The notes beneath the pieces were generated by a model. The model did not search any database and had not been told where the DNA came from. It saw only the letters and a program-made list of their open reading frames with translations. Of a stretch of DNA of 64,000 nt, positions 53,254 through 63,435 are shown in pieces. The translations under genes and the position numbers were made by a program. The stretch comes from an uncultured Candidatus Saccharibacteria bacterium. Lineage in GTDB: Bacteria; Patescibacteriota; Minisyncoccia; Phycocordibacterales; JACOZG01. Positions within the stretch are counted from its first letter, which is position 1. Each line of letters opens with the position of its first letter. The stretch lies in NCBI GenBank assembly GCA_964591715.1, contig CAZQDR010000001.1:1487-65486 (forward strand). The letters are read 5' to 3'.

Positions 53254-53254
53254 T
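53249..53254 (+). promoter_or_regulatory. -10 box TATAAT 7 nt upstream of MFS transporter ATG (inside rnj 3' end)
   Basis: gaggTATAATagacctcATG. Confidence 0.35.
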
Positions 53255-53261
53255 AGACCTC

Positions 53262-54446
53262 ATGTCCTTAAGTGCTGAAGCAAAACACCGCCTACGCGTA
53301 AATACCTATGTGGGCGGTTTTTTCTTGAATATTGCTATCGCCATTGCCTCTTACGGCAACTCCTCATTCATTGAGCAATTTGTCGGCGAGCGCTCGGTGG
53401 GCTTGATCTATATCATCATTGCTGTTTGCTCAATCGTCATTTCCTTTAACACTGATGCCTTGATTAAGCGAATTGGTAACCGCACCGCCCTCTTGATCCT
53501 AACGCTCATCAACTTGGCGGCCTTGGCTGGCCTAATGGCTTATAGTCAAACTGTTCTGGCGGTCGTCTTCTTTATCATCTACGCCGTGCTCAACTTTTTA
53601 ATCAGCATTAATCTTGATCTCTATCTGGAGGACATCTCGGACGACCGTATCACGGGTAAAATCCGAGGCTACTTCCTGACGCTCGCCAATCTCGCCTGGC
53701 TTTGTTCGCCCTTCATTGCGGGAACCCTGATTGCCCGGCAAGGTTACACTGCCATGTACGCCCTCTCGGCCTTGGCGTTTGTTCCACTTCTCTTTATCGT
53801 GATTTCTCAGCTGAAAAATATTCCCCATGCCCGTTATGAGCACCGTGGAATCATCCCCACCTTAAAAAAGATTTTGGCGGCCGGACGCGGCAATAACCGC
53901 GACTTACGCCACATTTTGCATCTCGATTTTTTGCTTAACTTTTTTTACGGCACGATGACGATCTACATGCCGATTTATCTCCACGAGCATATCGGCCTGC
54001 CTTGGGATCAAATCGGCATCATCTTCACGATCATGCTCATCCCCTTTGTGGTGTTAGATTTAATTTTGGGCACGCTTGCCGACAGTTGGTGGGGCGAGAA
54101 GGAACTTTTGATTGGCGGTCTTTTAGTCCTATCCGCCGCCACCTTACTGATCCCGCTTTTAAACTCGCCAAGCGTTCTTTTGTGGGGAGCGATCCTCTTC
54201 CTCACCCGGATCGGCGCGGCCACGGTGGAGATGATGAAGGAGTCTTATTTATTTAAAAAAATTGACGGCCGTGATATTGACGTCGTCTTTATCTCCCGCA
54301 ATACCGCGCCCCTCTCCTATATCTGCGCCGCCTTGCTCGCCATCTTTTGGCTCTCCTTCTTCCCCTTTCAATATTTGTTTGCGGTGTTAGGCATGATTAT
54401 GCTCCTCGGCCTCCCCTCCGCCATGCTGCTTAAGGATACGAAGTAG
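53262..54446 (+). CDS. MFS transporter
   Basis: 394 aa, ~12 hydrophobic helices, MFS-like loop. Confidence 0.7.
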   Translation: MSLSAEAKHRLRVNTYVGGFFLNIAIAIASYGNSSFIEQFVGERSVGLIYIIIAVCSIVISFNTDALIKRIGNRTALLILTLINLAALAGLMAYSQTVLAVVFFIIYAVLNFLISINLDLYLEDISDDRITGKIRGYFLTLANLAWLCSPFIAGTLIARQGYTAMYALSALAFVPLLFIVISQLKNIPHARYEHRGIIPTLKKILAAGRGNNRDLRHILHLDFLLNFFYGTMTIYMPIYLHEHIGLPWDQIGIIFTIMLIPFVVLDLILGTLADSWWGEKELLIGGLLVLSAATLLIPLLNSPSVLLWGAILFLTRIGAATVEMMKESYLFKKIDGRDIDVVFISRNTAPLSYICAALLAIFWLSFFPFQYLFAVLGMIMLLGLPSAMLLKDTK

Positions 54447-57407
54447 TTATTTCATCATGGCGTTTAGGCGGCAGCCGGGACAGTCTGGTTTGCCGCAACC
54501 TTTGCCTAAAAATTCGCCCGAGACAATCTCCCCTGCCACTTTCTCCAGCGTCTCCCGCACGCTAGCCTGATCACCGGCCGTCACTTCAAACACTTCTCGT
54601 TTATAAATCCCCTTGTCATTAGGCTCAATAAAATCAATCATCACTGAGGCAACCGTAAAGCGCTCTTTCTCACACTCCTCGATCAATACTTTATAAAAAG
54701 CGAGCTGACGATAAATATCACCGGTCGAACTTTTAGTCTGGCCCAAAATCTCGTTACGACTTTTAGGCTGCATCGTTTTATAATCCACCACTTGGATATT
54801 AGTGCCGCCTAAAAATTCGATTTTATCAACTTTGCCGGTAATTTTGAGATCGGGTGAGAGATGACAGCCTGATACTTTGTACTCATTCAAAATAGAGTTC
54901 GGCCAACTGTGGGCATATGTTTTAAACCAGCCGCCCAGCGCCCGCTCCCCGCGCTTTACCGAGGCATTAAGATCATGTTCACCGAGCGGCTGATAAGCAA
55001 TAAAGCGATTAAAGCTCGCCAAGAGCACTTCCACTGGCACCTGCTCACCACTTTTGTAGCGGTTAAAAAAGTCCTCCAACGCGCCGTGCACCGCCGTCCC
55101 ATACATGGTGTGCTTGCTCCGGATCTCAATGACCCGCAAGAGATTAGTAAATAAATAATCGAGCGGACAGCGCAGGTAAGCATTTAAGCCCGTGGCCGAG
55201 ATCCCCTGATCGCGAAAGCGCCTCGCTAAATAGGCCGGATCAAGTAGCTTAGCACCCTGATGCACTCGTGGCGAGAAAATAATATTCGGCTTGTCGCCCA
55301 AGTCCTGCTCCCAAGCCTCGCTCGACACCGTCTCAATTAAGCGACTATCAATCTCCTCAATAAATTGGCTTGGTAAATTTAACTTACCAGCCTCGGCCTC
55401 TTTGGCATAACTAATCGTGACCATCTGACGCGCTCGGGTTAAGGCCACATAAAACAGTCGCCGCTCATCATCATTTTTGTCGGAGACGGTCGGGACACCA
55501 GCGCGAGTGGGAATTTTAAAATAATTAGCGGTGCGCTTGTTGCCCCAGTTGCCATCAAAAGCATTAACAATATAAACATAATCAAACTCCAAGCCCTTCG
55601 ACTTATGCGCTGTCATCAGTTCCACGCCCTCGGCCGCACTACCGCGCCGGTGCTTAATGGAGAGATGGTGAGCCGAGAGCGTGTTTAAAAACTGGATAAA
55701 ATCCGCTAGCCGAAAGTTGTGATTACTGCGTGTCAGCGCCTTCACCTCATCATACAAAGCGTGGAGCTTGGCCAGCTTGTCCGTCGCCTCAGGCAACTTA
55801 AGAATGTGGTCGAGAAAGCCCGACTCCTTAACCACCACCCCATACAGATCAAGAAAGAGTTGGTTAGCGGCGAGCTTGGCCCAGCGCTCCAGCGAGCGAT
55901 AAAGTTGCTTGAGTGGCCGCTTGCGGCTTTGGCCTAGTGCCGCCCAGACAGTAATCTTTTTGCTCCGCGCCTCCTCGGCCAGCTGATAAATATCTAAAAT
56001 CGGAACATCGAAGAAGTCGACATGGAGCAACTCGAGCAAATGACGGTCCTCACCAAATTTGTTAACGGTTCGAAACAAGAGCAAGATTTTTTGTAAATCT
56101 AGATCGTCTAAAATGTTTGAATCCGAACGAATAACGAAGGGCACGCCGGCGCGCTCGAAGTAGTCGATGACTGGTAAAGCCTCGGCGTTATCACGGTAGA
56201 GCACCGCCAGCTCGTTCCAGCGCGCGCCGGCGGCGGCCTTGGCCTTAAGCTCGTCCACCAGCCACAGGAGCTCGTGCTCGGGCTTGGTAAAAGTGCGGAT
56301 GGCGACCGGCGCTGGCGCGTGTGGCGCGTTGGCCTTAAGTGGCACCAGGCTCTCGGGCGGCAACGCCGTGCTTTTGCCGATCACGCTTCGCGCCGCGTCC
56401 AAAATAATCTGAGTCGAACGGTAGTTCTCGGTCAGAGTAATTAGCTTCGCCGTGGGAAACAGTTTTTTAAAATAATTAAAGTTATCGAGCGACGCACCCT
56501 GGAACTGAAAAATCGCCTGCTTCTCATCGCCGACAATAAATAAATTTGGACTCTCGTGGAAGCTGGCCAACAGTTCAAGCATCCGGTTTTGCGACTGATT
56601 AGCATCCTGATGCTCATCAGCCAAAATGTAATGATACTCCTCCTGTAATTGCAACCGGAAGTTAGCATCCGCCTCAAGCGCTCGATTAACCTCTAAAAGC
56701 ATATCGCCAAAATCGTACAAACGCCGCGCCGTCAGCCGCTCTTCGTAGGCCCGATACAAAATCACCAACTCTTTAGCCTTTTGAATTTGCGTCAACAGGG
56801 TTTGGTATTTGCCTTTAATTGTGCCGGCGTACTTACCCTTCTCATGCTTTAAGTCGGTGATGGCTTTAAACTCGGCCTCCTCCGCGTCGGCAATCTCGGC
56901 CAAGCGGTCGGGCGAAACATTCTCGCGCTTTAGCCGATCAATCTCGTGCTGAACGGGAAATAAATAATAAAACTGATCGCCAAACGGTCGCAAGAGATCG
57001 AGCGGACACTCCACAATCGCCTCCTCTAAAATTTGGATCTGATCAATCGGCAAAGCGTTGGTGGCGCCAATAATGCGAGGAAACTTTTCCGGATAGCGGC
57101 GAATCACCTCGTTGGCAAAACTGTGGAAGGTGTGGATCGGGATCCGATAAGCGCGACTGCCCACCATCTCTACCAATCGCTGGCGCATGGCATGCACGCC
57201 GGCATTGGTAAAAGTGAGCGCCAACAGGGCGTCGGCGGGCGTGTCGGTTTGGCGGAGAATATTAGCAATCCGCAAAGTGAGCACCTGGGTCTTACCCGTG
57301 CCCGGACCAGCCACCACCATGACCGGACCCTCGATCGTATCCACGGCGTCCCGCTGGGCCGGGTTGAGCTTGTCATAATGCTTTTTAAATGTTGCCAGAT
57401 CGGCCAT
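54447..57407 (-). CDS. UvrD/PcrA-type SF1 helicase fused to a C-terminal PD-(D/E)xK (RecB/Cas4-like) nuclease with 4-Cys cluster
   Basis: 986 aa; Walker A AGPGTGKTQVL and UvrD motifs; C-terminal ...LRCPLDY..., QVVDYKT and CGKPDCPGC (Cas4/AddB-like Fe-S ligands). Confidence 0.8.
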   Translation of the reverse strand: MADLATFKKHYDKLNPAQRDAVDTIEGPVMVVAGPGTGKTQVLTLRIANILRQTDTPADALLALTFTNAGVHAMRQRLVEMVGSRAYRIPIHTFHSFANEVIRRYPEKFPRIIGATNALPIDQIQILEEAIVECPLDLLRPFGDQFYYLFPVQHEIDRLKRENVSPDRLAEIADAEEAEFKAITDLKHEKGKYAGTIKGKYQTLLTQIQKAKELVILYRAYEERLTARRLYDFGDMLLEVNRALEADANFRLQLQEEYHYILADEHQDANQSQNRMLELLASFHESPNLFIVGDEKQAIFQFQGASLDNFNYFKKLFPTAKLITLTENYRSTQIILDAARSVIGKSTALPPESLVPLKANAPHAPAPVAIRTFTKPEHELLWLVDELKAKAAAGARWNELAVLYRDNAEALPVIDYFERAGVPFVIRSDSNILDDLDLQKILLLFRTVNKFGEDRHLLELLHVDFFDVPILDIYQLAEEARSKKITVWAALGQSRKRPLKQLYRSLERWAKLAANQLFLDLYGVVVKESGFLDHILKLPEATDKLAKLHALYDEVKALTRSNHNFRLADFIQFLNTLSAHHLSIKHRRGSAAEGVELMTAHKSKGLEFDYVYIVNAFDGNWGNKRTANYFKIPTRAGVPTVSDKNDDERRLFYVALTRARQMVTISYAKEAEAGKLNLPSQFIEEIDSRLIETVSSEAWEQDLGDKPNIIFSPRVHQGAKLLDPAYLARRFRDQGISATGLNAYLRCPLDYLFTNLLRVIEIRSKHTMYGTAVHGALEDFFNRYKSGEQVPVEVLLASFNRFIAYQPLGEHDLNASVKRGERALGGWFKTYAHSWPNSILNEYKVSGCHLSPDLKITGKVDKIEFLGGTNIQVVDYKTMQPKSRNEILGQTKSSTGDIYRQLAFYKVLIEECEKERFTVASVMIDFIEPNDKGIYKREVFEVTAGDQASVRETLEKVAGEIVSGEFLGKGCGKPDCPGCRLNAMMK

Positions 57408-57564
57408 TACAACAGTATAACACTTGCCTAAAAGCGAAGAGAAACAGCTTGAGAAATACCCTTTCGCAGCGCGACGGCGCGAGAAGAGCAGTCCGTCAGC
57501 AGGCGGAGATGCGAGGTTTTCGAGGGCTGGTTTCTCATCGCCAATATGCTAAACTACCGGTATT

Positions 57565-58014
57565 ATGCTACACGAAAAAATTAAGGGTGAGGTTAAGGAA
57601 GCAATGAAGGAGAAGAACCAGGTAAAGCTCGGCGTGGTCCGCGGCATTATCTCGGCCTTTATGAACGAGGCGGTGGCCAAGGGTTACAAACCAGACGGCT
57701 TTCTCTCCGACGAGGAGGCCTTAGCGGTAATCAAGCGTCTCTCTAAGCAACGCAAAGATTCCATCGCCCAGTTCCAAGCTGGCGGTCGCGCCGACTTAGC
57801 CGAGACCGAGCAAGCCGAACTCGCCTATATTGAAACTTATTTGCCCCAAATGATGTCTCGCGATGAGATTAAAAAAATCGCCACTGGTGTGATTGCCAAC
57901 TTAAGCGCCACCAAGGCGGACTTGGGTAAAGTTATCGGTGCGGTTGTTAAAGAGACCAAAGGCCAAGCCGACGGCGCGGATGTGAAGGCAGTAGTTGAGG
58001 AACTCTTACAGTAA
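57565..58014 (+). CDS. GatB/YqeY domain protein
   Basis: 149 aa; MLHEKIKGEVKEAMKEKNQVKLGVVRGIISAF... YqeY consensus. Confidence 0.7.
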   Translation: MLHEKIKGEVKEAMKEKNQVKLGVVRGIISAFMNEAVAKGYKPDGFLSDEEALAVIKRLSKQRKDSIAQFQAGGRADLAETEQAELAYIETYLPQMMSRDEIKKIATGVIANLSATKADLGKVIGAVVKETKGQADGADVKAVVEELLQ

Positions 58015-58506
58015 AAATCGATACGGTTTTTGAGACCAGACTGGTCCAGCAAAATCAACTCCGATCCGCGGGGTTGATTTTATTTTACCGACCACCACTC
58101 CCCGGTCTTGAATATAAAGACCGGTGCTTTTGGCGGCTGGCAGAGCATTAAAAGTTTTATCGACACCAAAAGCTTTGGTCACCCGTGCCGGACCACTAAT
58201 CCCCTCCACTCCCCTAATCAAAACCGCGGCTGGGTAATCCTTTTCGCCCGTCACAATGTTCAACAGCCAGTGCATCCCATAAACAAAATAAACGTACCAA
58301 ACTCCCCCTTCTTTAAACATCACTTCGGTACGAGCCGTACGTCCCTTGCTCGCGTGACTGGCTAAATCTTGAGGACCAACATAGGCCTCAACTTCGGTAA
58401 TCATTAGTTTTAAATTATCTTTAACCAGATATTTACCCAAAAGCTCGCGCGCCACGATTAGCGTGTCGCGTTGATAAAACTCCGGTTTTAACGTAGAGTA
58501 AGCCAC
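58006..58506 (-). CDS. mpg: DNA-3-methyladenine glycosylase (Mpg/AAG family)
   Basis: ...ITEVEAYVGPQDLASHASKGRTARTEVMF...GGVWYVYFVYGMHWLLNIV... Mpg family motifs. Confidence 0.8.
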   Translation of the reverse strand: MAYSTLKPEFYQRDTLIVARELLGKYLVKDNLKLMITEVEAYVGPQDLASHASKGRTARTEVMFKEGGVWYVYFVYGMHWLLNIVTGEKDYPAAVLIRGVEGISGPARVTKAFGVDKTFNALPAAKSTGLYIQDRGVVVGKIKSTPRIGVDFAGPVWSQKPYRFLL

Positions 58507-58530
58507 ATGGACGATTCTAGCATGTACCCA

Positions 58531-59193
58531 ATGCGCATCAACCGCTACTTGGCCCTCCGTGGCCAGGCGACGCGACGCGCGGCCGACAAATTAATTGCCG
58601 CCGGCAAAGTGAGTATCAACGGCCGGATTGCCAAACTCGGCGACAAAGTTAATGCCAAAGATAAGGTTGAAATTGCCGAGCGGCCCGCTATTAAATATAC
58701 CTATTTGACCTATCACAAACCGGCTGGGGAACCGACCATGGAGCGCTATCTAGGCAAACTCTTCCCTCTCGGTCGACTCGACAAGGAGTCGCGCGGTCTA
58801 ATGATTTTGACCGATGACGGCCGCCTGACCGACCGCCTACTTAACCCTGACTACGATCACGAAAAGGAATATTTGGTCAGTGTCGATAAGCCACTCAAGG
58901 AAGGTGTTTTAAATCGCTTTGCCCGCGGCATGTTGATTGAGGGCGAGACCGACAAAACTCGTCCCGCCATTATTGATCAGGAGGATCAGTATGCTTTTCG
59001 CATTACTTTAACTGAAGGTAAGAAGCACCAAATCCGACGCATGTGCGCTGCTTGGGGCTACACTGTAACTGACCTGCTTCGCGTCCGGATTGCTAATGTG
59101 GAGTTAGAGAGTTTGGGCCAAGGAAAAACCCGCCCCATCGGCGGGCGGGTTTTGAACGAATTTTTAGCTTCGCTCCAACTACCTCCTAATTAA
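58531..59193 (+). CDS. RsuA/RluB-family pseudouridine synthase (S4 domain plus catalytic domain)
   Basis: Start at ATG 58531 (MRINRYLALRGQATRRAADKLI...); catalytic GRLDKESRGL motif. Confidence 0.8.
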   Translation: MRINRYLALRGQATRRAADKLIAAGKVSINGRIAKLGDKVNAKDKVEIAERPAIKYTYLTYHKPAGEPTMERYLGKLFPLGRLDKESRGLMILTDDGRLTDRLLNPDYDHEKEYLVSVDKPLKEGVLNRFARGMLIEGETDKTRPAIIDQEDQYAFRITLTEGKKHQIRRMCAAWGYTVTDLLRVRIANVELESLGQGKTRPIGGRVLNEFLASLQLPPN

Positions 59194-59984
59194 TTGATCT
59201 CGTAGGTCAACATCACTGATACTGTCACTTCCTCTGACCCTGGTTGAATTGAAGGGGCAACTTGATTCGATACCGCACCAGCTCCACCCATACCATAGGC
59301 CACGGCGGACATCGCCTTGTCGTACATTGGCATCGGGTACATACCGTTCTCATTGATCGAGATTAAACGTCCAAGCTTAAAGTCACCAGCGCGAGCAATA
59401 CTCTCGGCCTTGGCCTTGGCCTTATCAATCGCTTCGGCCCGAGCCTCATTTTGGACTTCGGTCGGGTCATCAACGGTAAAGTTTAATTGCGAAACAGTGT
59501 TAGCCCCATTCTCTACCGCACCAGCCAGCATCGTGCCAACCTTAGCAAAATCGCGAGCCTTCACGGTTACCGTTTGCTGAACCGTGTAGCCGACGATCTC
59601 TGGTGGCGGACAAGTCTCGGCATAACCGCGATAACCACAGTTTGTGTTTTGATAACGAGGCGAGACGTTGTAACCGGCAGTCTTGATGTCCTTGTCGGCA
59701 ACACCCTGACTTTTGATATAAGCGATCGCCTTATTAACCTTGTCGGTATTGCTCTTTTGCAACGCTGCTAAATCTGCACCGCCTTCAGAGATAACGCTAA
59801 AGTTAAACTCAGCAATGTCTGGCACGGCAACGGCCTTGCCATCACCCGAGACGGAGAAGCTGCGATAACCACCTGGCTCAACCATGCGCGAATAAGTGCG
59901 AACATAAGCGACAGCTGACAGGGCTAATAATATAACGCTAATAATGACTGCCCAACCAACATAATTTTTCATTTTTTCGGTCAT
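59190..59984 (-). CDS. SIMPL (DUF541) domain protein, membrane-anchored
   Basis: N-terminal TM; ...FSVSGDGKAVAVPDIAEFNFSV...KSQGVADKDIKTAGYNVSP... SIMPL consensus. Confidence 0.7.
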   Translation of the reverse strand: MTEKMKNYVGWAVIISVILLALSAVAYVRTYSRMVEPGGYRSFSVSGDGKAVAVPDIAEFNFSVISEGGADLAALQKSNTDKVNKAIAYIKSQGVADKDIKTAGYNVSPRYQNTNCGYRGYAETCPPPEIVGYTVQQTVTVKARDFAKVGTMLAGAVENGANTVSQLNFTVDDPTEVQNEARAEAIDKAKAKAESIARAGDFKLGRLISINENGMYPMPMYDKAMSAVAYGMGGAGAVSNQVAPSIQPGSEEVTVSVMLTYEIN

Positions 59985-59993
59985 AAGCTGATT

Positions 59994-60752
59994 TTACCCT
60001 AATCGGGCCTCCAAGCACAAGAAAAGCGGAAATTCCTTCCGGGCCACATCTTCAGCTCGCTGTCTAGGGCCGCGTTCGCTCGTTTTATGCGATGACCACT
60101 CCTCCAAACGCGTCACGGTCAAACCCGCATTTACCAAAAGCTTAAAATAATATTGTAACGGTCGATGGAAGGAGACCGTCATGGCCACCTCGCCCTTACC
60201 GGGATGCATATTGATACCCGTCTTCATTTCGGACATATAACGATCGAGTCGTCGGTATTGAATTTGGCGCTCCTCATCCCAACCCCAGCTCGAATTTTTA
60301 GGTAGGCGAAAGGCGGGATGATTCATAACAATAATAAATTTAGTCCCTGGTTTTAAAACGCGCTTCACTTCGGCAAAGACTTGCTTCACCTCCGCAATAT
60401 TTTGAATGGCTAAAATATTAGTCACCGCGTCAACACTGGCGCTCGGCAGCATCGACAGCTCGTGCGCCGGCGAAATAAAATAACTAATCCCCTGGCTCTC
60501 CTGCTTTTTGGCTAGATTAATTAACTCGGCCGAAATATCTACCCCTACCACTTCAGCCCCAGACTTAGCGAGCTCACGGGCGAAGAAACCGGTACCACAA
60601 GCCAAGTCCAAAATCCGTTGTCCCGCCTTGGGCTCAACTAGACGCAACAAGTTTGGCAAAATTACCTGACGCTGATAACTATCGGCGTCCGTCTCGAGCA
60701 GATTGTCATACCAATCCGCCACCTTCCCCCACGAGGTCTCGTTATTGGTCAT
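59994..60752 (-). CDS. class I SAM-dependent methyltransferase
   Basis: motif I ILDLACGTGFFARELAK; motif II/III downstream. Confidence 0.7.
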   Translation of the reverse strand: MTNNETSWGKVADWYDNLLETDADSYQRQVILPNLLRLVEPKAGQRILDLACGTGFFARELAKSGAEVVGVDISAELINLAKKQESQGISYFISPAHELSMLPSASVDAVTNILAIQNIAEVKQVFAEVKRVLKPGTKFIIVMNHPAFRLPKNSSWGWDEERQIQYRRLDRYMSEMKTGINMHPGKGEVAMTVSFHRPLQYYFKLLVNAGLTVTRLEEWSSHKTSERGPRQRAEDVARKEFPLFLCLEARLG

Positions 60753-60761
60753 AAAAAATAA

Positions 60762-61979
60762 TTAAAAAGTAAATTGGCCGTTTTGGTAAATCACTTTCGG
60801 TGGACCTTTTTTAAAGTAAGCCGTCACCGTCCGCGGTGCGGTAGAGACGACGTCGGTGTGCACCGAGGAATCATTATAACCCAACTTGGCCCAAGTTTTT
60901 TTACTCACCTTGCTCGGATCACCAGCATAACAATCATGATAAGCACTGCCCAAGGCAATATGAGTGTTGCCATGCGGCCCACCCACGTTCTCGTCGAAAA
61001 GGGTCTCGCCCATAAACTTGGTAATTTGCGAAAAGCGCTTGTCGGTAAGCGAGAACTCGCCCACCTTGTCGGCATTAGCGGTAGCGATCATCTGTTTTAA
61101 AACTTTTTCGTTTTGCTTGGCTTTAGCTTTTACCACCAGACCTTTTTTAAATTCCAACTCAATACCAGTAATTAAGTTACCGTAGCGATAGAGCGGCTGA
61201 TTAAATTTAATCGAGCCTTCGGTGCCCCGCCAGTCTGGTGAGGTAAACAGTTCGAAGGACGGAATATTGCGGCCCGAGCCACCCATCCAGGCGCGCTTCT
61301 CCCCCAACTTGATCCACAAATTGGCGTCGGGACCCTCCACACGAAGCTTCTCGATCGCCATTTTATTTAGCTTCTGACGGTAACGTTCGAGCTCTTTGTA
61401 AACCGAGCGCCATTTCGCAATCGGGTCGGCCTCGTTTAAGTAGCAGGCTTTTATAATCTGTTGCCAATAGGCTTGGGGCGTAAGGCCCGCCACGGCGGCC
61501 ATTTGATCGGTACCATACAAGCCGACCGTCCAAGTAAATTTACCTCGATTCTCTTTATGATTGCGCCAGTCGAGATAGGGCTTTAGAGCCAGACCACGCT
61601 TCATAATTTTTTGCGGGTCGATGCCAGCGAGCGCCTGCTTATCCGTCTGACTATCAATAACTACTACGTGATCAATTTGATCAATCAACCCCTTCAAATA
61701 TTTACCGGGGAAGAAGTTAAGTTGCTCCTCCTCGGTGTAAAGATAAAATTCACGGTCAATATTAAAACGTTCATCGTTCTCGGGACGATAGTCGCTAATC
61801 ACGTGTCCGCCGGCGCGCCAGATGGCGCGCCGCAAATGCACAAACAGGGGCTTGGCCGACTCGTAACAGACCAGCTGAACCACCTCCCCTTTTTTAATTC
61901 CCTGGCCGCTACCCAGAGCAAAGTTAATTAAGACGTTAGCGTAACGCTCTAAGATTTTGGCTGACGGCTCGTACGACAT
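60762..61979 (-). CDS. M29-family aminopeptidase (AmpS/PepS-like)
   Basis: 405 aa; N-terminus ...ILERYANVLINFALGSGQGIKKGEVVQL... resembles the aminopeptidase T/S family. Confidence 0.6.
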   Translation of the reverse strand: MSYEPSAKILERYANVLINFALGSGQGIKKGEVVQLVCYESAKPLFVHLRRAIWRAGGHVISDYRPENDERFNIDREFYLYTEEEQLNFFPGKYLKGLIDQIDHVVVIDSQTDKQALAGIDPQKIMKRGLALKPYLDWRNHKENRGKFTWTVGLYGTDQMAAVAGLTPQAYWQQIIKACYLNEADPIAKWRSVYKELERYRQKLNKMAIEKLRVEGPDANLWIKLGEKRAWMGGSGRNIPSFELFTSPDWRGTEGSIKFNQPLYRYGNLITGIELEFKKGLVVKAKAKQNEKVLKQMIATANADKVGEFSLTDKRFSQITKFMGETLFDENVGGPHGNTHIALGSAYHDCYAGDPSKVSKKTWAKLGYNDSSVHTDVVSTAPRTVTAYFKKGPPKVIYQNGQFTF

Positions 61980-62021
61980 AGCCCAGACTATAGCACACTC
62001 ATGGATAGACGGTGAAGGCGG

Positions 62022-62498
62022 CTACTCCTTGCAGCACTCCGAGACCTCGCCCAACTCCTTGGCCTCAACCAGCTTAAGTTTTAGGGCCCAAAAAATACTA
62101 TACAACCGGTAAGCCTCGCCAAACAGCTCCACCGCCTTACCCGACTCACCCTCGTTTTGCTTTTTGGTCCCCGCCTCAATCAAGCGCATGGTGCTGGCCA
62201 AAAGATGTTTGGCCGCACACCAGGTCTCGCCCTCATGCTCGGGTAAAAGTTCGGCCATTAATTTTTTACGGATCGAGCGTACTTCCGCGAGCGTATCATA
62301 GTATTTGGGATCGTCAGTTTTGGCTCCCGTAAAAAAGAAGTGCTCTTCTAAACTAATTAAATTCATAACCGCCACCGAGAGATCCTCGGCAGTGGAGAGA
62401 TCAACGCCGGCCACCGACTGGGCCGCTCGCACGCGAGCTAAAAGTTCCTGTAAAGTTTGCGAATTTGTCCTCATGCTCCAGCTTGGCTGATTATTCAT
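62022..62498 (-). CDS. hypothetical protein (158 aa)
   Basis: no recognisable motifs; mostly helical-looking. Confidence 0.4.
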   Translation of the reverse strand: MNNQPSWSMRTNSQTLQELLARVRAAQSVAGVDLSTAEDLSVAVMNLISLEEHFFFTGAKTDDPKYYDTLAEVRSIRKKLMAELLPEHEGETWCAAKHLLASTMRLIEAGTKKQNEGESGKAVELFGEAYRLYSIFWALKLKLVEAKELGEVSECCKE

Positions 62499-62540
62499 CT
62501 TAGTGTATCACAGTGGTGATTATGAGATACTACTAGCAAT

Positions 62541-63422
62541 ATGGCTGAGTCTCCTTCCATCAACATAAATCCGATCGCCCGCTTCCAAGCCTATTTACGC
62601 ACGCTCTATGATATCCCCTTTGCCCCCGAGATTGCCGACCAAATTGATGCTGAGAAAAACTTTCGTGAGTTGGCCGGACCAGATGCCACCGACCGCTTGT
62701 ATTTGGCGCCACTCTATGAGGCTCGCTACAAAGGCGCCGACCGGATCCTGCGCCACTTTTTGGAACACCAGCCCATGCGCCAGGTCTTAGAGCTCGCCTC
62801 CGGTCTCTCGCCCCAAGGCCTCATGTACGCTCGCCAGTATTACCCGTTGACCTATGTTGAAACCGATCTGGCGCCAATGACGCAAATTAAAGCCCGTATC
62901 ATCAGGAGCTTAACCTCTCGCACCCCTAAAGGCCTCCACTTATTTAGCGCCAACTGTTTACAGCCCGAGGATTTACAGCGAACACTTGTTAAATTTAAAC
63001 CGGATCAACCGGTCATTATTTTCAATATCGGTCTCCTTAGCTTTTTGGCTGATGAGGAAAAGACCCGTCTGGCCGAGCAGATTCATAAAATTTTGGAGCG
63101 TTTTGGCGGTTACTGGATCACCCCCGACCCAGCGATGCACAACGAACGGCGGCGTGAGATTAGTAAAAACTTCCCTACCCACTTTATGATTGAACAAAAT
63201 CAATCCACGCCCGACGGACGCAGCTTTCAAGATAACGCCTTTGCCGACGAAGCCGCGGCCGATCGCTTCTTTGATGAGCTAGATTTTACCATCGAGAAAG
63301 AGCCCCAGCTCCAGGGCTACGAATTAAGTTCGCCCGCGAAACTAAAACTTGCACCCGAGGCGATTGTCCGCATTGAGGAAGACATTCGTCGCTTTGGTAA
63401 AGTTTGGATTTTGTCGGCGTAA
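62541..63422 (+). CDS. putative O-methyltransferase (Leu-carboxyl-MTase/TcmP-like)
   Basis: 293 aa; QVLELASGLSPQGL resembles LCM-family motif I (VVxLGAGLDTR); weak call. Confidence 0.4.
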   Translation: MAESPSININPIARFQAYLRTLYDIPFAPEIADQIDAEKNFRELAGPDATDRLYLAPLYEARYKGADRILRHFLEHQPMRQVLELASGLSPQGLMYARQYYPLTYVETDLAPMTQIKARIIRSLTSRTPKGLHLFSANCLQPEDLQRTLVKFKPDQPVIIFNIGLLSFLADEEKTRLAEQIHKILERFGGYWITPDPAMHNERRREISKNFPTHFMIEQNQSTPDGRSFQDNAFADEAAADRFFDELDFTIEKEPQLQGYELSSPAKLKLAPEAIVRIEEDIRRFGKVWILSA

Positions 63423-63435
63423 GCAAGTAGCTACC

